A DNA stretch of 64,000 bases, taken from IMG/VR virus record IMGVR_UViG_3300050821_018098, one strand, 5' to 3'. This document shows, in pieces, positions 16,539 to 28,201 of this stretch. Origin of the DNA: a virus. Its lineage: Duplodnaviria; Heunggongvirae; Uroviricota; Caudoviricetes. The position numbers and the translations under genes are program-made. Positions within the stretch are counted from its first letter, which is position 1. Each line of letters starts with the position of its first letter. The notes under the pieces are model-generated. The model searched no databases. It saw only the letters and a program-made list of their open reading frames with translations, and was not told the DNA's origin.

Positions 16539-18282
16539 TAGTTATTTCCTCACTTTCAATTTTTTTAGGTATTAATTGATTCTTCCTCTTTTCAGTTATC
16601 ATTGTAGTCACATTCTTTTCGAAACTTATAATCCGATCAAACCAAGGTTCGCCTATTTGTGCATGATGCACCAGAAATACAATTGTCTTATATTCAGTAG
16701 CGAAATTTCTGAATAGTTTCAATATATCTTCAATACTCTTCAGATCAATTGAGGCAAATACTTCATCAAGAAAAAGAATATTGATTCTTCTTTTTGATCT
16801 GATAACTTTTAGATAAGCTAGCATTATTGATAAATTAACTTTCCTGGCCTCACCATTACTTAATAGTTCTGGATCAATGTCTTCACCCATAAAAGTAATA
16901 ACAGCATCAAATTTATCATCTAGAGAAATAGCATAAGGAAATTTGATTAAGTCAAGATTTTCTTTGACATATGTATTGATAATTTTTACCAGATTTCCTA
17001 CAATTATTTTTTTAATACCATTCTCACCAAATACTTTATCTAGCTGTTTATAAATATTTTTTTTCTTCTCGTGTACAATACTGAGATCTTCAACGGTTTC
17101 TTTTCTTTGATGAACACTATCAATAAGTTTTAAAAACTCTTGGACACCGTTGACATCTTTTTGATCTACATTAGTTTCTTCTATTTTTAAAATATCTAAT
17201 TTTATTTTAAGATCAGATAAATAGAATTTTATAGAATTGTAACTTTCAGTAGTATTTTTATTTCTGCTATTAAGTTCTTTTTCTATTTCAGAATATTGTG
17301 TCATTGTCTGCTTAATTGTGTCACGGATATCAATCAACGTTTGACGTTTATCTTCGATTTCTTTTCTGTAGGCTTGATTTGTTTCTGTTGTTAAATCAGA
17401 CTTACAAGTGGGGCATTTACCAAGATTGTAAAGTTTTATTTGCTCATCAATAGTCTTAATTTCAAAATTAACATTTTGAAGTTGTTCAGCCTCTTGATCA
17501 TACATAGTATCAAGTTCAACTTTTTTATTGGTAAGTTTTTGTACCTTAGATTCTAATTTTAGAAATTCCTCCTTTTTAGTAAGCATAAGTTTTTTGATCT
17601 CTTTGATCTCTTGACCTATGTTGGTTTTTACCTTTTCTTTTAAGGATTCAATGCTATTTTGTAAACCATTAATCTCCCTGTCATAATTAGACATTTCTTT
17701 TTGATACCCTTCAATAATTAGTTGATTCTGACTTGTAAGTCCTGTTAGTATTTTCTTTAGTTCATTTATAATAGAGAGGTTGAATAAACGATCAAGCAGA
17801 AGTTTTTTATCTTCGCTGTTAAGTGACATGAAATTTTTAAAGTCATTTATACTCATAGATATGAATGACAGAAAGGATTTATAATCTAATCCTACATACT
17901 CTTCGATTTTATCATCAATATTTCCTTTACCTATACGATCATAGGGTTTATGATCTACCCAAAGATTTAATTTATCTGGTTTAACATCACGTTCAACTCT
18001 TACATGAGTTCTTTTGGAATCACTACCAAGAAATTCGATACCAACATGAAGATTTTTATTAAATCTATTTGCTAATTTATCTTTAGCAATTGTTCCATCA
18101 CCAGACTTCTTTTTTACTTTACCATATAAAGCAAATTCGATAGACTCTTTAAAAGAAGATTTTCCAGAACCATTTTCTCCTGTAAGTAAAACTAATTCAC
18201 CAACCTCTGGATCAAATTCGAGAGTCTGAAGATTATTACCAAAACTTTTAACATTTCTTATTCCAATTTTTGTAAATAGCAT
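16525..18282 (-). CDS. gp46: SbcC/Rad50-like recombination ATPase (T4 gp46-like)
   Basis: GENGSGKSS Walker A, coiled coils with CPTC zinc hook, LSNGE signature, ILFLDE Walker B. Confidence 0.93.
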   Translation of the reverse strand: MLFTKIGIRNVKSFGNNLQTLEFDPEVGELVLLTGENGSGKSSFKESIEFALYGKVKKKSGDGTIAKDKLANRFNKNLHVGIEFLGSDSKRTHVRVERDVKPDKLNLWVDHKPYDRIGKGNIDDKIEEYVGLDYKSFLSFISMSINDFKNFMSLNSEDKKLLLDRLFNLSIINELKKILTGLTSQNQLIIEGYQKEMSNYDREINGLQNSIESLKEKVKTNIGQEIKEIKKLMLTKKEEFLKLESKVQKLTNKKVELDTMYDQEAEQLQNVNFEIKTIDEQIKLYNLGKCPTCKSDLTTETNQAYRKEIEDKRQTLIDIRDTIKQTMTQYSEIEKELNSRNKNTTESYNSIKFYLSDLKIKLDILKIEETNVDQKDVNGVQEFLKLIDSVHQRKETVEDLSIVHEKKKNIYKQLDKVFGENGIKKIIVGNLVKIINTYVKENLDLIKFPYAISLDDKFDAVITFMGEDIDPELLSNGEARKVNLSIMLAYLKVIRSKRRINILFLDEVFASIDLKSIEDILKLFRNFATEYKTIVFLVHHAQIGEPWFDRIISFEKNVTTMITEKRKNQLIPKKIESEEITNEEE

Positions 18283-18285
18283 AGT

Positions 18286-19035
18286 TTAAAAATCAATTTT
18301 TATATCCCAATTTACAAGAGTTACAGCGTCTGTATTAAATAATATTTCAAAGTTATTTTTGAATATTAAATTGTTTTTATTATCTGTTTCTAATTCCATT
18401 AAAGAATTAATTTTAACAGTAACAGGCTTATTTTTTATAATTAATATTTTTTTATCACTATAAAACATATATGGATCTACATATAATTTATAACTATTTA
18501 TTTGACCACATAGATAGATTGATCCTGAAATTCTTGACTGTAGGATAGGTTGTGTCATATAATTTTCTACAAGAATACTTGAAGTAATAAGACCATTACT
18601 TATAATGTAATTTTCTTCCGACTTATTATCTTCTAATAATTTATCGATTACTTTTTTATTACGTTTCTTTACATATAGATATGCTGAAGAATTTATACCA
18701 GTTAATTCATCGACAGGTTCATTACTAGGAAATTTTTCGATATTAATATCTTTAATAAGATCAGTAAAATTTATAATCTTACTAGTTTTAAACATTCCAG
18801 AAACTATTTCTTTAGATATATTTACAATAAGTGTTTCTCTTAAGGTAACTGTCATCTTTTCTATATCATGATGACTATTAAAAGGCATTGATATAACCGT
18901 TTCCGAATTTGTGATAGGCTCATCAGTGAATTCAATATTTACAAAAGGAAAATGTTCAAGATATCCTAAAATATATTTAATATTTTTTAGCTGGTTATTT
19001 TTATTATTACTAATAAGAAATTCCTCATGATTCAT
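18286..19035 (-). CDS. divergent, truncated major-capsid paralog
   Basis: GSIYLCGQINSYKLYVDPYMFYSDKKILI parallels MCP GQLYPLGTIGGLTIYVDPYQKYTNDVILL. Confidence 0.5.
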   Translation of the reverse strand: MNHEEFLISNNKNNQLKNIKYILGYLEHFPFVNIEFTDEPITNSETVISMPFNSHHDIEKMTVTLRETLIVNISKEIVSGMFKTSKIINFTDLIKDINIEKFPSNEPVDELTGINSSAYLYVKKRNKKVIDKLLEDNKSEENYIISNGLITSSILVENYMTQPILQSRISGSIYLCGQINSYKLYVDPYMFYSDKKILIIKNKPVTVKINSLMELETDNKNNLIFKNNFEILFNTDAVTLVNWDIKIDF

Positions 19036-19446
19036 AAAACATCTTTTAGTTTATATCGGATTTTTCAGGTAAAGTTGCCTGACCAGATGTTGATACATTA
19101 AGATAAGGTAATAATTCATCAAATATTTCATCATGTGGAGGTAAAATAAGATCTATATCATCCATGAGTTCTTTTAAAAAAGGGAGTTCCTCTATACTTT
19201 CAATATCAAATAATTCTAAAAAATCTTCATATACCTCTAAGTATCTTATACCTTCTGGATGAAGCCAATATATGGCTTCATAACTAACATCATCATTCAT
19301 AGTAATAGCAATATGAATAGGTATACCACCATGTAGAGGTTCTAAATAATTAATAATAGATGTTTTTACTAGTATAGGTTCCATTCTTTTTATATGATAT
19401 AAAGTATAAAAGTTTCGGGTATTACTTTCTTAACTATATAATTACA

Positions 19447-19962
19447 ATGATACTTACTAATAATTGGCTTGTCGATGATCCGAATGATTTTGAATGATTT
19501 TGAATATAAACAATATGCTTTGTTGGCCTTCGAACAATCATGTAATGAGGATTTTAATATTTTAAAAATATTTCCACTCTATAAATCTTACATCTTTAAA
19601 TACACTCTGTGATTTCTTAATCGTTACTATTTGCACTAAATATTATATCATTTTTTGATACTGTATATATCAAAAATATGTGTTTTACTTACTGAAATAT
19701 TTTAACTATTTTTGTATATAAAATATATCATATATCATTTGATATGATTTCTATTGAACTGTTAAAACACAAAAATATAATTTTAACACATCATAAAAAT
19801 ATAATTTTAACACAAAGTGTAAATCAGGCTACTGAATATTTAAATAAGAAAGAGAAAACTAACATATATCATATCGAATCTAAATACCCTTTAGAAACTT
19901 GTGTTTTACCTATTATAAAAATAAAAATTCTTAATGAAGTTAATAAATTGTTTAAATTTTAG
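19447..19962 (+). pseudogene. decayed gene with tandem duplications
   Basis: 10-bp duplication GAATGATTTT x2 (19482-19501) breaks MILTNNWLVDDPNDFE/YKQYALLAF; 20-bp direct repeat at 19771-19790 and 19795-19814. Confidence 0.55.
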
Positions 19963-20487
19963 AACAAACAACTACTAATCTGTCTGAATTATTAAGTAAA
20001 TGTTCTTCAATTAATGTATTATAATCACCCCGGATACGTTTCTTTTTAAGACCACTGATGGCTTTATTTTTATATTCGTATTCTGTATAAGAACAAGAAG
20101 CTGTAAAAATACCAGTAGTGGTATTATCATAATATTCAGTATTTACAATAAAAGATTCAGGAACTGTATATTTTGGACTAAATTTACATTCTATTTTCTC
20201 TTTATATTCTCTGGCCTTCACAGTAAATATAGGTGATATATTAGAAAAATATGTTCTACAGGCTGATGAAATTGGTTTAAACCCTAATATTTTTTCTATA
20301 TCAGACTTCTTTTTCTTATTAAAGAACCACTGGACATAGGCTTTTAAAAAAGGAGTATATGTGTTCTTAAATAGAGTAGAATTTTCAATCTGATATTCAA
20401 ATTCATATAGATCATCTTGATTTATTACCTCATCATAAGCTTCTTCTAAATCTTTATACTCAGGTAAAATAACAGCTATTGATTTGA

Positions 20488-21078
20488 TCATATTAAATTA
20501 TTAATATCGAAAGAGACTCTATGATATGGTGATAAACCATGTTCATCAATTGCCATTTTATGTTCTTTAGTTAAATAACCAGAGTTTTTATCCCAGCCAT
20601 ATTGAGGATATTGCTCCGATAAAACTCTCATATAATTATCTCTATATGTTTTTGCTATTAAAGAGGCAGCTGCAATTGAATAATATTTATCATTTCCACC
20701 AACTATACATTGATATGGAAAACCTAAAAAAGATTTAAATTGATTACCATTTATTAAAAGGAAATTAGGCTTTATAGATAAAGAATTCACAGCATCATTC
20801 ATTGCCTGTATTGTAGATTCTGAAATATCTATTTGATCTATGATTTTATTATCAGCGATACCTACAGAAAAAGATATTGCTTCACGACGTATAATGTCAA
20901 CGAGTTGATATTTTGCTTTTTCGGTTAATTTATTAGAATCTTTTAATTTAGAATTTCTAAAATTCTTTGGAAAAATTACAGTAGCAGCAATTACTGGTCC
21001 TGCTATACAATCTCTACCAGCCTCATCTACACCAGCAATAAGCTGATGTGTAATATATTCGAAATATTCGTTCTGCAT
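20488..21078 (-). CDS. rnhB: RNase HII homolog with two catalytic Asp-to-Asn changes
   Basis: IAGVDEAGR..IAGPVIAA, DSNKL, SIAAASLIAK..RD, GYLTKEH..YHRVSF; LLINGN and GGND where DG and KGD are canonical. Confidence 0.85.
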   Translation of the reverse strand: MQNEYFEYITHQLIAGVDEAGRDCIAGPVIAATVIFPKNFRNSKLKDSNKLTEKAKYQLVDIIRREAISFSVGIADNKIIDQIDISESTIQAMNDAVNSLSIKPNFLLINGNQFKSFLGFPYQCIVGGNDKYYSIAAASLIAKTYRDNYMRVLSEQYPQYGWDKNSGYLTKEHKMAIDEHGLSPYHRVSFDINNLI

Positions 21079-21772
21079 TTATTTTGAATTGAATTTTTCC
21101 TTTAACTTAGACAATTTATCTTCATAGGATTCTACTGGTTTCATGGGTAAAGAAATGTGTTTCTCTCGCCTAGTATGATCCTCATTGTTTAATATAATGA
21201 AGGTTATTAGTTCACCTAACGCATAAGGCTCAAAACATCTCTCTGATGCATATCTCATCTCTGTTTTATATTCACCTTCAACAGAATCATAATCTCGTAT
21301 AGCTTTTTCTGAACCAAGCTCAGGATAATTTTCATAACTTATTTCAAAGTCTTCAAACTTACCATAACTACAATCATCATGTGGACCAGAAAAAAGACAA
21401 ATACTAGATTTCTCCATAGTATCACATTTACAAGACCTAGTATTTACTCTTACGATATATTTATCGTTTAATTTTACAACTACACCTTTAATCATACTTA
21501 AAATTTATTAGCGTCAATAGTTTTTGAACATATACCGAAAACCAAATACGGTTTTATAAAAATTAGCAAATCTCTTATGAGTTCATTTTCTGAAGGTGCT
21601 TGCGAATTATAAATGAAAGCCTTTTCATCTGATATTCTGTTATCACCTTTAAAAGATAATGTTCGCATTAGTTTACCATTTTCTATAGGTCTAAAATTAT
21701 CATTAAAAATTAAGCCTGCACTATTTGCCACAGCTATCTGTATAATTTCTTTAATCTCGTTATTTCCCATTA

Positions 21773-22687
21773 TTATAAATCATTTTCGTTTTCAACTGTT
21801 TCTTTAATTTCAAAATCAACTAACTCGTCACCGAGCAACTCAGCAATCTTTTCCCAAGTAAGATCACATACTTCATCTATCCAATCACCTATAAAATAAA
21901 GCTTTCTACTACCTCTGATAACACCAAAAAGAATTGGATCTTTTTTCTTTTCTATTTCCTTCTTGGTTAAGTGATTATTTTCATTCTTTGGGTCAAAATG
22001 TAGAATAACATAATTATCAAAAACATTTAGTTCGTCAGCAAGTAATTTTTGTTCTAAAACATCATCTGGTATAACTCTTGTAAAATTCTTTATCCAGTCT
22101 AAACGAAGCCCTCTTTCACATTTTTTAGAAAATAATATTATTTTTTCTTCTGTGATGAATTTTTTAAATTCTGATTTAAGTAAAGCTGTTTCAAGATAGT
22201 ACAATTTAATATGATCTTTAACTTTTTCTTCAAGAGCTTTTTGACCAAGAGTTTGAGCTTTTATAAGAAGTTTTTTGTAACCATCTAATCTTGTGTTTAC
22301 TATTCGAAGTTCTTCAATATTTTTCGCTAAATCATTGAATACTTTTTGAACAGGTACAGACATAATTTTTATTTTACTTCTTGTAAAAAAATATTTTATC
22401 TGTATAAAAAGTTTATTTATAAATTTTGGTTTCTTTCTAAGAGAACTATTACTAGCAAAACCAGACATGACTGAACCCATATCACCAGAAAAGAACACAC
22501 CAGGTTTTGTATCAGACATAGGCATATTTGGTACAGAACCTTCTTCTTCACTATCAAAATCCAAAAAGGTTACTTGATCTTTGTCATTAACTGTTCCTTT
22601 ATGTTTGGATAGATTAAAATCGGTCTCAAAATTTTCAAATATATCTAATTTAGTATTAGTTCTAAAATACAGATGGTCATTCATCAT
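21773..22687 (-). CDS. hypothetical phage protein
   Basis: 304-aa ORF with a motif-rich C-terminus (DNYVILHFD, DPILFG..YFIGDWIDE); function not assignable. Confidence 0.65.
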   Translation of the reverse strand: MMNDHLYFRTNTKLDIFENFETDFNLSKHKGTVNDKDQVTFLDFDSEEEGSVPNMPMSDTKPGVFFSGDMGSVMSGFASNSSLRKKPKFINKLFIQIKYFFTRSKIKIMSVPVQKVFNDLAKNIEELRIVNTRLDGYKKLLIKAQTLGQKALEEKVKDHIKLYYLETALLKSEFKKFITEEKIILFSKKCERGLRLDWIKNFTRVIPDDVLEQKLLADELNVFDNYVILHFDPKNENNHLTKKEIEKKKDPILFGVIRGSRKLYFIGDWIDEVCDLTWEKIAELLGDELVDFEIKETVENENDL

Positions 22688-23288
22688 GCTATAAATAATT
22701 ATTCTAAAGTTTTAACAAAAATACACTTTATTATGTAATAATCAAATAAAAAAATAAAAAAAGGCCCTAAGGCCTTTATAATTAAAATATTAATTCATCC
22801 GGATTTTCAATAGTCAATCGAAGTTTTTGTTTCTCTCCTGATTCAAGTAATCTAACCATATTGATTACCAATTTTTTATCAATTTTACTTGGATCAGGTT
22901 CTGTCCACGTTAATTGACCCAACTGTGAGCATTGTTGAAGTAATTGCTGAGCGAAAGCTTTAAAATCGATAGGTTGTACTTTTGGTACTTCCTGTGTGTT
23001 TTGACCATCATTCACAATAGTTGCTTCTGTTAAAATGTTATCTGTTGCATTAGAATTTGTAATTTCCATAAATCAATTATTTTTACATTATGTATAAGTA
23101 GTTTTGATGAAAGTTTTTAAAAAGATGAAATATTTTAATTATAGAAGAAAAAACAATAGGAGGAAACTTTTTCATATAAATAAAATATAAATGTAGTCCA
23201 GCATTTATCTGTTTCGAGCATAAAGCTTTGAAGATATCAAAAAGGTATCAAAGAAATAGGTAAAATATAAACAAAACAAGCGACGATT

Positions 23289-24257
23289 ATGACACACAAA
23301 CAAACCCAAGGGAATAGTATGCCAGAGGCTTACATTACCCGCACGCAAACCCAATCAAGAGGCCGTTACAAAATTTTTGAAGAGTCAACGAGTCTTAAAT
23401 CTGAAGCTACCACACCTATTAAAAAAATAGAAAATGGTAAAGTTTACATTCAATCCGGTGAAAATTTTGAGATTGAACTGTATAATCCAACACAAAAGTT
23501 AGTATTAGCTAAACTTTCCTTTAACGGAAAGGATGAAGACTCACCAGGTTTAGTATTAAAACCAGGACAGAGAATTTATTTAGATCGATATCTGACTGAA
23601 GCAGTAAAATTCAAATTCGATACTTATGAAATCGATAATTCCGGCGAAAGCTTAGATGCTACAGCTAAAAATGGTTTACTAAAAGTTTCTTTTTATGAGG
23701 AATCTGTAAACAACCCAATAACTACTAGTAATAGTGGTCATACAACTATTATACATAATTATCCTTATTATCGACCAATAAATCCTTATAATTGGCCATA
23801 TAGAAAACCTTGGTATAATGAATGGTATATTAATGATAACAATAATTTCTATGGGAATATCACAAATGGGTTTTCATCAAATACAGCAAACTTTAATTTA
23901 AATTCTAATAACCTTAACACCAATGATTGTTCTTATTATACTAGTAGTGAAAGTAATCTTTCTGATAGCTTAAAAGAAAATGTTGAATTCTCTGATGAAT
24001 TTTATGAAACTTTAGCTTCTTTATCAGATAAATTGGAAACTGGTAGAATTGAAAAAGGTGCTGTATCAGAACAAAAATTTGTAGATGTTAATTACAATTT
24101 TAATTCATATACTTGTAATGAAGTTGTTATCACTATGCTTCCTGTTAGCAGAAAACCTTTAGAAGCAAAAGATCTTAATGTGTTTTGCACAGGTTGTGGA
24201 ACAAAAGCAAAAAAGAATCATATCTTCTGTTCCAAATGTGGTACTAAACTAGAGTAG
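23289..24257 (+). CDS. hypothetical protein with C-terminal zinc ribbon
   Basis: FEIELYNP N-terminal beta domain, Asn-rich linker, C-terminal CTGC...CSKCG. Confidence 0.7.
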   Translation: MTHKQTQGNSMPEAYITRTQTQSRGRYKIFEESTSLKSEATTPIKKIENGKVYIQSGENFEIELYNPTQKLVLAKLSFNGKDEDSPGLVLKPGQRIYLDRYLTEAVKFKFDTYEIDNSGESLDATAKNGLLKVSFYEESVNNPITTSNSGHTTIIHNYPYYRPINPYNWPYRKPWYNEWYINDNNNFYGNITNGFSSNTANFNLNSNNLNTNDCSYYTSSESNLSDSLKENVEFSDEFYETLASLSDKLETGRIEKGAVSEQKFVDVNYNFNSYTCNEVVITMLPVSRKPLEAKDLNVFCTGCGTKAKKNHIFCSKCGTKLE

Positions 24258-24849
24258 TTTCGTTAAAGAAAAAATAAGAAAGCCGGTGTTTGGACTACTA
24301 CCGGCTTTCTTATTATATAGTAATGACTTTATCTAATCCTTCGCTAGAATTATTTCTTCTTATCTGTTCAATCAACTTCATCTGTTCTTTGCTTGTTCTA
24401 ATACAGCCTTTACTTCTGGGTCATTAAAATCAAGTTTTCCAACATTTAATTTAGTATTTGGGTCTTTTAAAATATCAGAAAGGCTAAGTCTGGTTTTCAT
24501 ATTAGTTGGTCCCACTTTTACAAACTGATTCAATTTTTTTAACCAGCATCATATATTCTTTAGGTGTTTCAAAGTGATAAGATTCCTTATTTTCGATCAG
24601 AGTGATTGTTTTATTTTCCAAATCAATTTTTATTATTGATTCGTTATCATGAAGTACCAAAGGATCATGTTTAAATTCATATCGCAAAAGCTCTTCACAT
24701 AAAGCTTTCAACACAAACTTGTTGTGTGATTTTATTATGATTTTATTAGATATTTCGTTTCTTGATAATTTAGGCATAATTTGTTTTATTGTATTTTGTT
24801 GGTAAATATATGTATATAATAAACAAATAACAAAAATATAATATAAAAT

Positions 24850-25434
24850 TTGGTTTACTCTCTAAACCATTATTTTGGATTTCAATATATACATTGTAGA
24901 AAATATACTGAAAGAATTATGAAGTATCGTTCATTAATATACGAAAAAAACCGCTACTATCAAACCCACCAAATAAATGAAATTCTTTCATCTAATGGGT
25001 ACTCCTGGCTAATAAATGCTGAATTTGAGAATGCTTTGATTGAAATCAAGGATGATACAATTGTATGGCATGGTGGAACTTGGTTTTACGGAACCTGGGA
25101 ATATGGAGTATTTATGGACGGTTTATGGAAGGCTGGCATATGGAAAGGTGGGGTCTTTAAAAATGGATTGTGGGAATCCGGTACCTGGGAGTCTGGTGTC
25201 TTCCTTAATGGTACGATATTGAAAATAGATTGGAAGGGTGGAGAATTTAGAGGTGGTACCAAAGGTAAAGATGTTAAAATAAATGAGTCATTCGCTGACA
25301 GAGAACAAAAAACGAATCATTATGAAACCAAAGAGAAATTTAGTTCAAGTAGCAGAACAGCAATATACACTGTATCGAGATTCTCAGATCATAATCAGCC
25401 GAATAGACGAACAAACAAAAATAGCAGTAAATAA
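24850..25434 (+). CDS. Trp/Gly pentapeptide-repeat protein
   Basis: Repeated G-x-W/F-x-x units (GTWFYGTWEYGVFMDGLWKAGIWKGG...); true start probably the internal ATG at MKYRS. Confidence 0.65.
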   Translation: MVYSLNHYFGFQYIHCRKYTERIMKYRSLIYEKNRYYQTHQINEILSSNGYSWLINAEFENALIEIKDDTIVWHGGTWFYGTWEYGVFMDGLWKAGIWKGGVFKNGLWESGTWESGVFLNGTILKIDWKGGEFRGGTKGKDVKINESFADREQKTNHYETKEKFSSSSRTAIYTVSRFSDHNQPNRRTNKNSSK

Positions 25435-25827
25435 TTTTGAATTTGAGACACTTGATGTTTTTGAGGCTGTAGCTTTTTTACTTCGAGATAAAAAATATAA
25501 CAAATCATTTCTTTGGGATATTAAATTAACCGACGGAGATAGAGAATATGTAAATCCTATCAGATGTCTATACTGGCTAAGTGGTGGTGATGAATTCTGG
25601 TTTCAAAACGATGAAATATCACAAAAATGGGGTGAATGTAATGAATCCTATTATGAAGAATTCTCTGATATTATTTATGATGGTCTGGAGCAAGCAGAAA
25701 CTTTGATGGATATCCGTAAACATATAATGACTAATTTGAATCTTATTAAGTTTTGGAATTTTGCTTTAAGTCAAAAGATTATTGCTTTTGCTTAAAAAAT
25801 TAGTATATTTGTTCATATAAAAATACT

Positions 25828-26589
25828 ATGGCTTTGAAACTTCGTTATTATTTTTTTGACTTAGATGACAATTTGTTAAGGACTGATACTAAAATTAACC
25901 TTAAGAATGGTGATGAATATGTAGATTTGTCTACAGAAGAATACGCTACTATCAGTGAGGATAAAAATCACAACTTTACGTTTCATGAAGATTCTTTTAA
26001 AGAATTTTCTGATAATGGTACACGTGGTGATATGGCTTTTCATCAAGATGCTACAATAGCATTAAACGAAAAGAGATTTTCTGCAAGTTTTAATGATTTG
26101 ATACGTTGTATTAAAAATGGTCATTTATTTGGTATAGTTACAGCAAGAGCTCATCATCCAGACACAATAAAGAAATGGTTCTATATGTTCATCAACCATT
26201 ATCTAAATGAGGATGAAATGAAAGTATTGATTATGAAACTTAATAAATACTGTAAGATTTTAGGAACTAACATTCCCAAAGATCCTATATTACATTATCT
26301 GGATCATTGTTATTTCTTTCCAGTAACAAATCCAGAGTTGAAGCTTCCAAAGAAAATAGATGAAGCCAAGAGTCTTGTTGTAGAAAAAATAGTTAGTGAA
26401 ATATATGATTATTATCAAACGATTTCATCACTAGTTGATAAGGTTCAAATTGGTTTCTCTGATGATAATATCAGTAATGTTGAGAAAATGAAAAGTCTTT
26501 TCACAGAATTTAAAGACAAGTATAAACCAATAAAATTCTATATATTCGATACCTCAAAAGGTATAAAAATTAAGTACAAAATAAAATGA
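25828..26589 (+). CDS. HAD-superfamily phosphatase-like protein
   Basis: FFDLDDNLL motif I, IVTARAH motif II, GFSDD motif IV. Confidence 0.65.
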   Translation: MALKLRYYFFDLDDNLLRTDTKINLKNGDEYVDLSTEEYATISEDKNHNFTFHEDSFKEFSDNGTRGDMAFHQDATIALNEKRFSASFNDLIRCIKNGHLFGIVTARAHHPDTIKKWFYMFINHYLNEDEMKVLIMKLNKYCKILGTNIPKDPILHYLDHCYFFPVTNPELKLPKKIDEAKSLVVEKIVSEIYDYYQTISSLVDKVQIGFSDDNISNVEKMKSLFTEFKDKYKPIKFYIFDTSKGIKIKYKIK

Positions 26590-27404
26590 GACCTTTTCAC
26601 TTCTATGACCTTGATTCAACTTTATGGGATACTCATTCTAAAGAGGTTGTTATAGATAAAAGAAGTCCTGGTAAAACCATACTTCGATTAACAAATATAC
26701 AATCCTTTCAAACATCAAACCTTAATAAGGAATACAAACTAGAAATTAATTACAATGGTGAAACTCGATATCTGGATCCTGCTGTTTGGGAGAAGATAAA
26801 AAAACTTTCTAAGAACATAACACTTGCTGATGTGGGTATATCTGGAAGAGAGTTTACACAAGATGAATTTTTAGATAAGCAGGCAAAACATCTTGAAATA
26901 TTCTTAAACGTTCTTAATAGTATTAAAGGAAAGGATGTTTCTGTAGGTATTATTACTGCCAGAAGCAAACAAAAAGAACATTCTGAATTACTTAAAAAGT
27001 TTAAAGATACGGTTAAGCAGAAATTAGGTATTGATATTACCAAAATTTATTTTGTTAATGATAATTCTGTTTCTGATCCGGATTCAACAGCCTATAAAAA
27101 AGTTAAAATACTATTAGAATATCTAATCGGATTAAAAATAAAAGGTGATTGCTTCACAAATTTAAAACAAGATTCTGATGCTAATGAAGTATACTTTTAT
27201 GATGATATAGAAAAGAACATAGAGGCAGCAAATAACATAAACTATCTGTTTATAAAATTATTTCATGAAACACCAGATAATATCAAATCCATAATAATAG
27301 AAAAAATGGATAAATCTCCTTTAAAACTTATTACTAATAAAATAACAAATAATAAACTCAATCCATTTGTTACAACAGAGAACATTTTAAAAAAGCCTAA
27401 TTGA
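26586..27404 (+). CDS. HAD-superfamily phosphatase-like protein (tandem paralog)
   Basis: FYDLDSTLW, IITARS, YFYDD. Confidence 0.62.
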   Translation: MRPFHFYDLDSTLWDTHSKEVVIDKRSPGKTILRLTNIQSFQTSNLNKEYKLEINYNGETRYLDPAVWEKIKKLSKNITLADVGISGREFTQDEFLDKQAKHLEIFLNVLNSIKGKDVSVGIITARSKQKEHSELLKKFKDTVKQKLGIDITKIYFVNDNSVSDPDSTAYKKVKILLEYLIGLKIKGDCFTNLKQDSDANEVYFYDDIEKNIEAANNINYLFIKLFHETPDNIKSIIIEKMDKSPLKLITNKITNNKLNPFVTTENILKKPN

Positions 27405-28201
27405 ACAAACTTTTCAGCATTTTATAATATAATCTTTACCGATGGACCTTTTAGGTTCTATGTAAAAAATAAAATTATAAAACAAATGGTGAACTTTTAT
27501 GCTGATGATAGGTACAACACAACCTTTGATCTAAACACATTAGAAGAAGATAATTATGTGTATTTAAGATGTAAATCTAATTTTGCTTATCTTTATGAGT
27601 ATGAATTAACAACAGACCTTTATAAAGAACTCGTTATACATTTAAGGAACGAAAAAAATAAGCTGAGTGTTGTTGAAGCTAATGATTTCTTAGAGTATAT
27701 TCATTTTGTTCATAATGGGATTACGTATAAAGTAAAATTTAATGTAATTGATCAACTTATTAAATCCTTTGATTATCTAAGAAAATCTTTCTGTAGAAAA
27801 CATGATTTTCCTTTAGATGGGTATGTACCTCAGGATGGACTAAGAGATTATCAAAAAATTAAAATATTACAAGAATGTTAACAGATATAAAACAGTTTGA
27901 ATTAAAAGAAGAACACATAAAGTTACTTAGTAATTTTAACATCTATTGGGTTGATAATAGTTATGATGGTGCCCCAGGTGTTTATCCTAAAAAACCTTAT
28001 GGAAATTCAAACGTTATGAGAGATGTAGCTAAAATAGTTGGTGAGGATTATTGTGAAGATAATGATATTGAACAAATTAAACGATTGTATAAATGGCATA
28101 CAGAAACAGAAATAGCTTTAACTGTTGTATTACAGGCTAAAAGTTTTGAACCAGGTATTTATCAATCAGTAAACGGTGGAAAATATTCAAAAATTGAACC
28201 A

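Noticed and set aside
23180-23320. Riboswitch or structured RNA upstream of the zinc-ribbon gene
   Set aside because: No convincing stems or known consensus could be identified by eye.
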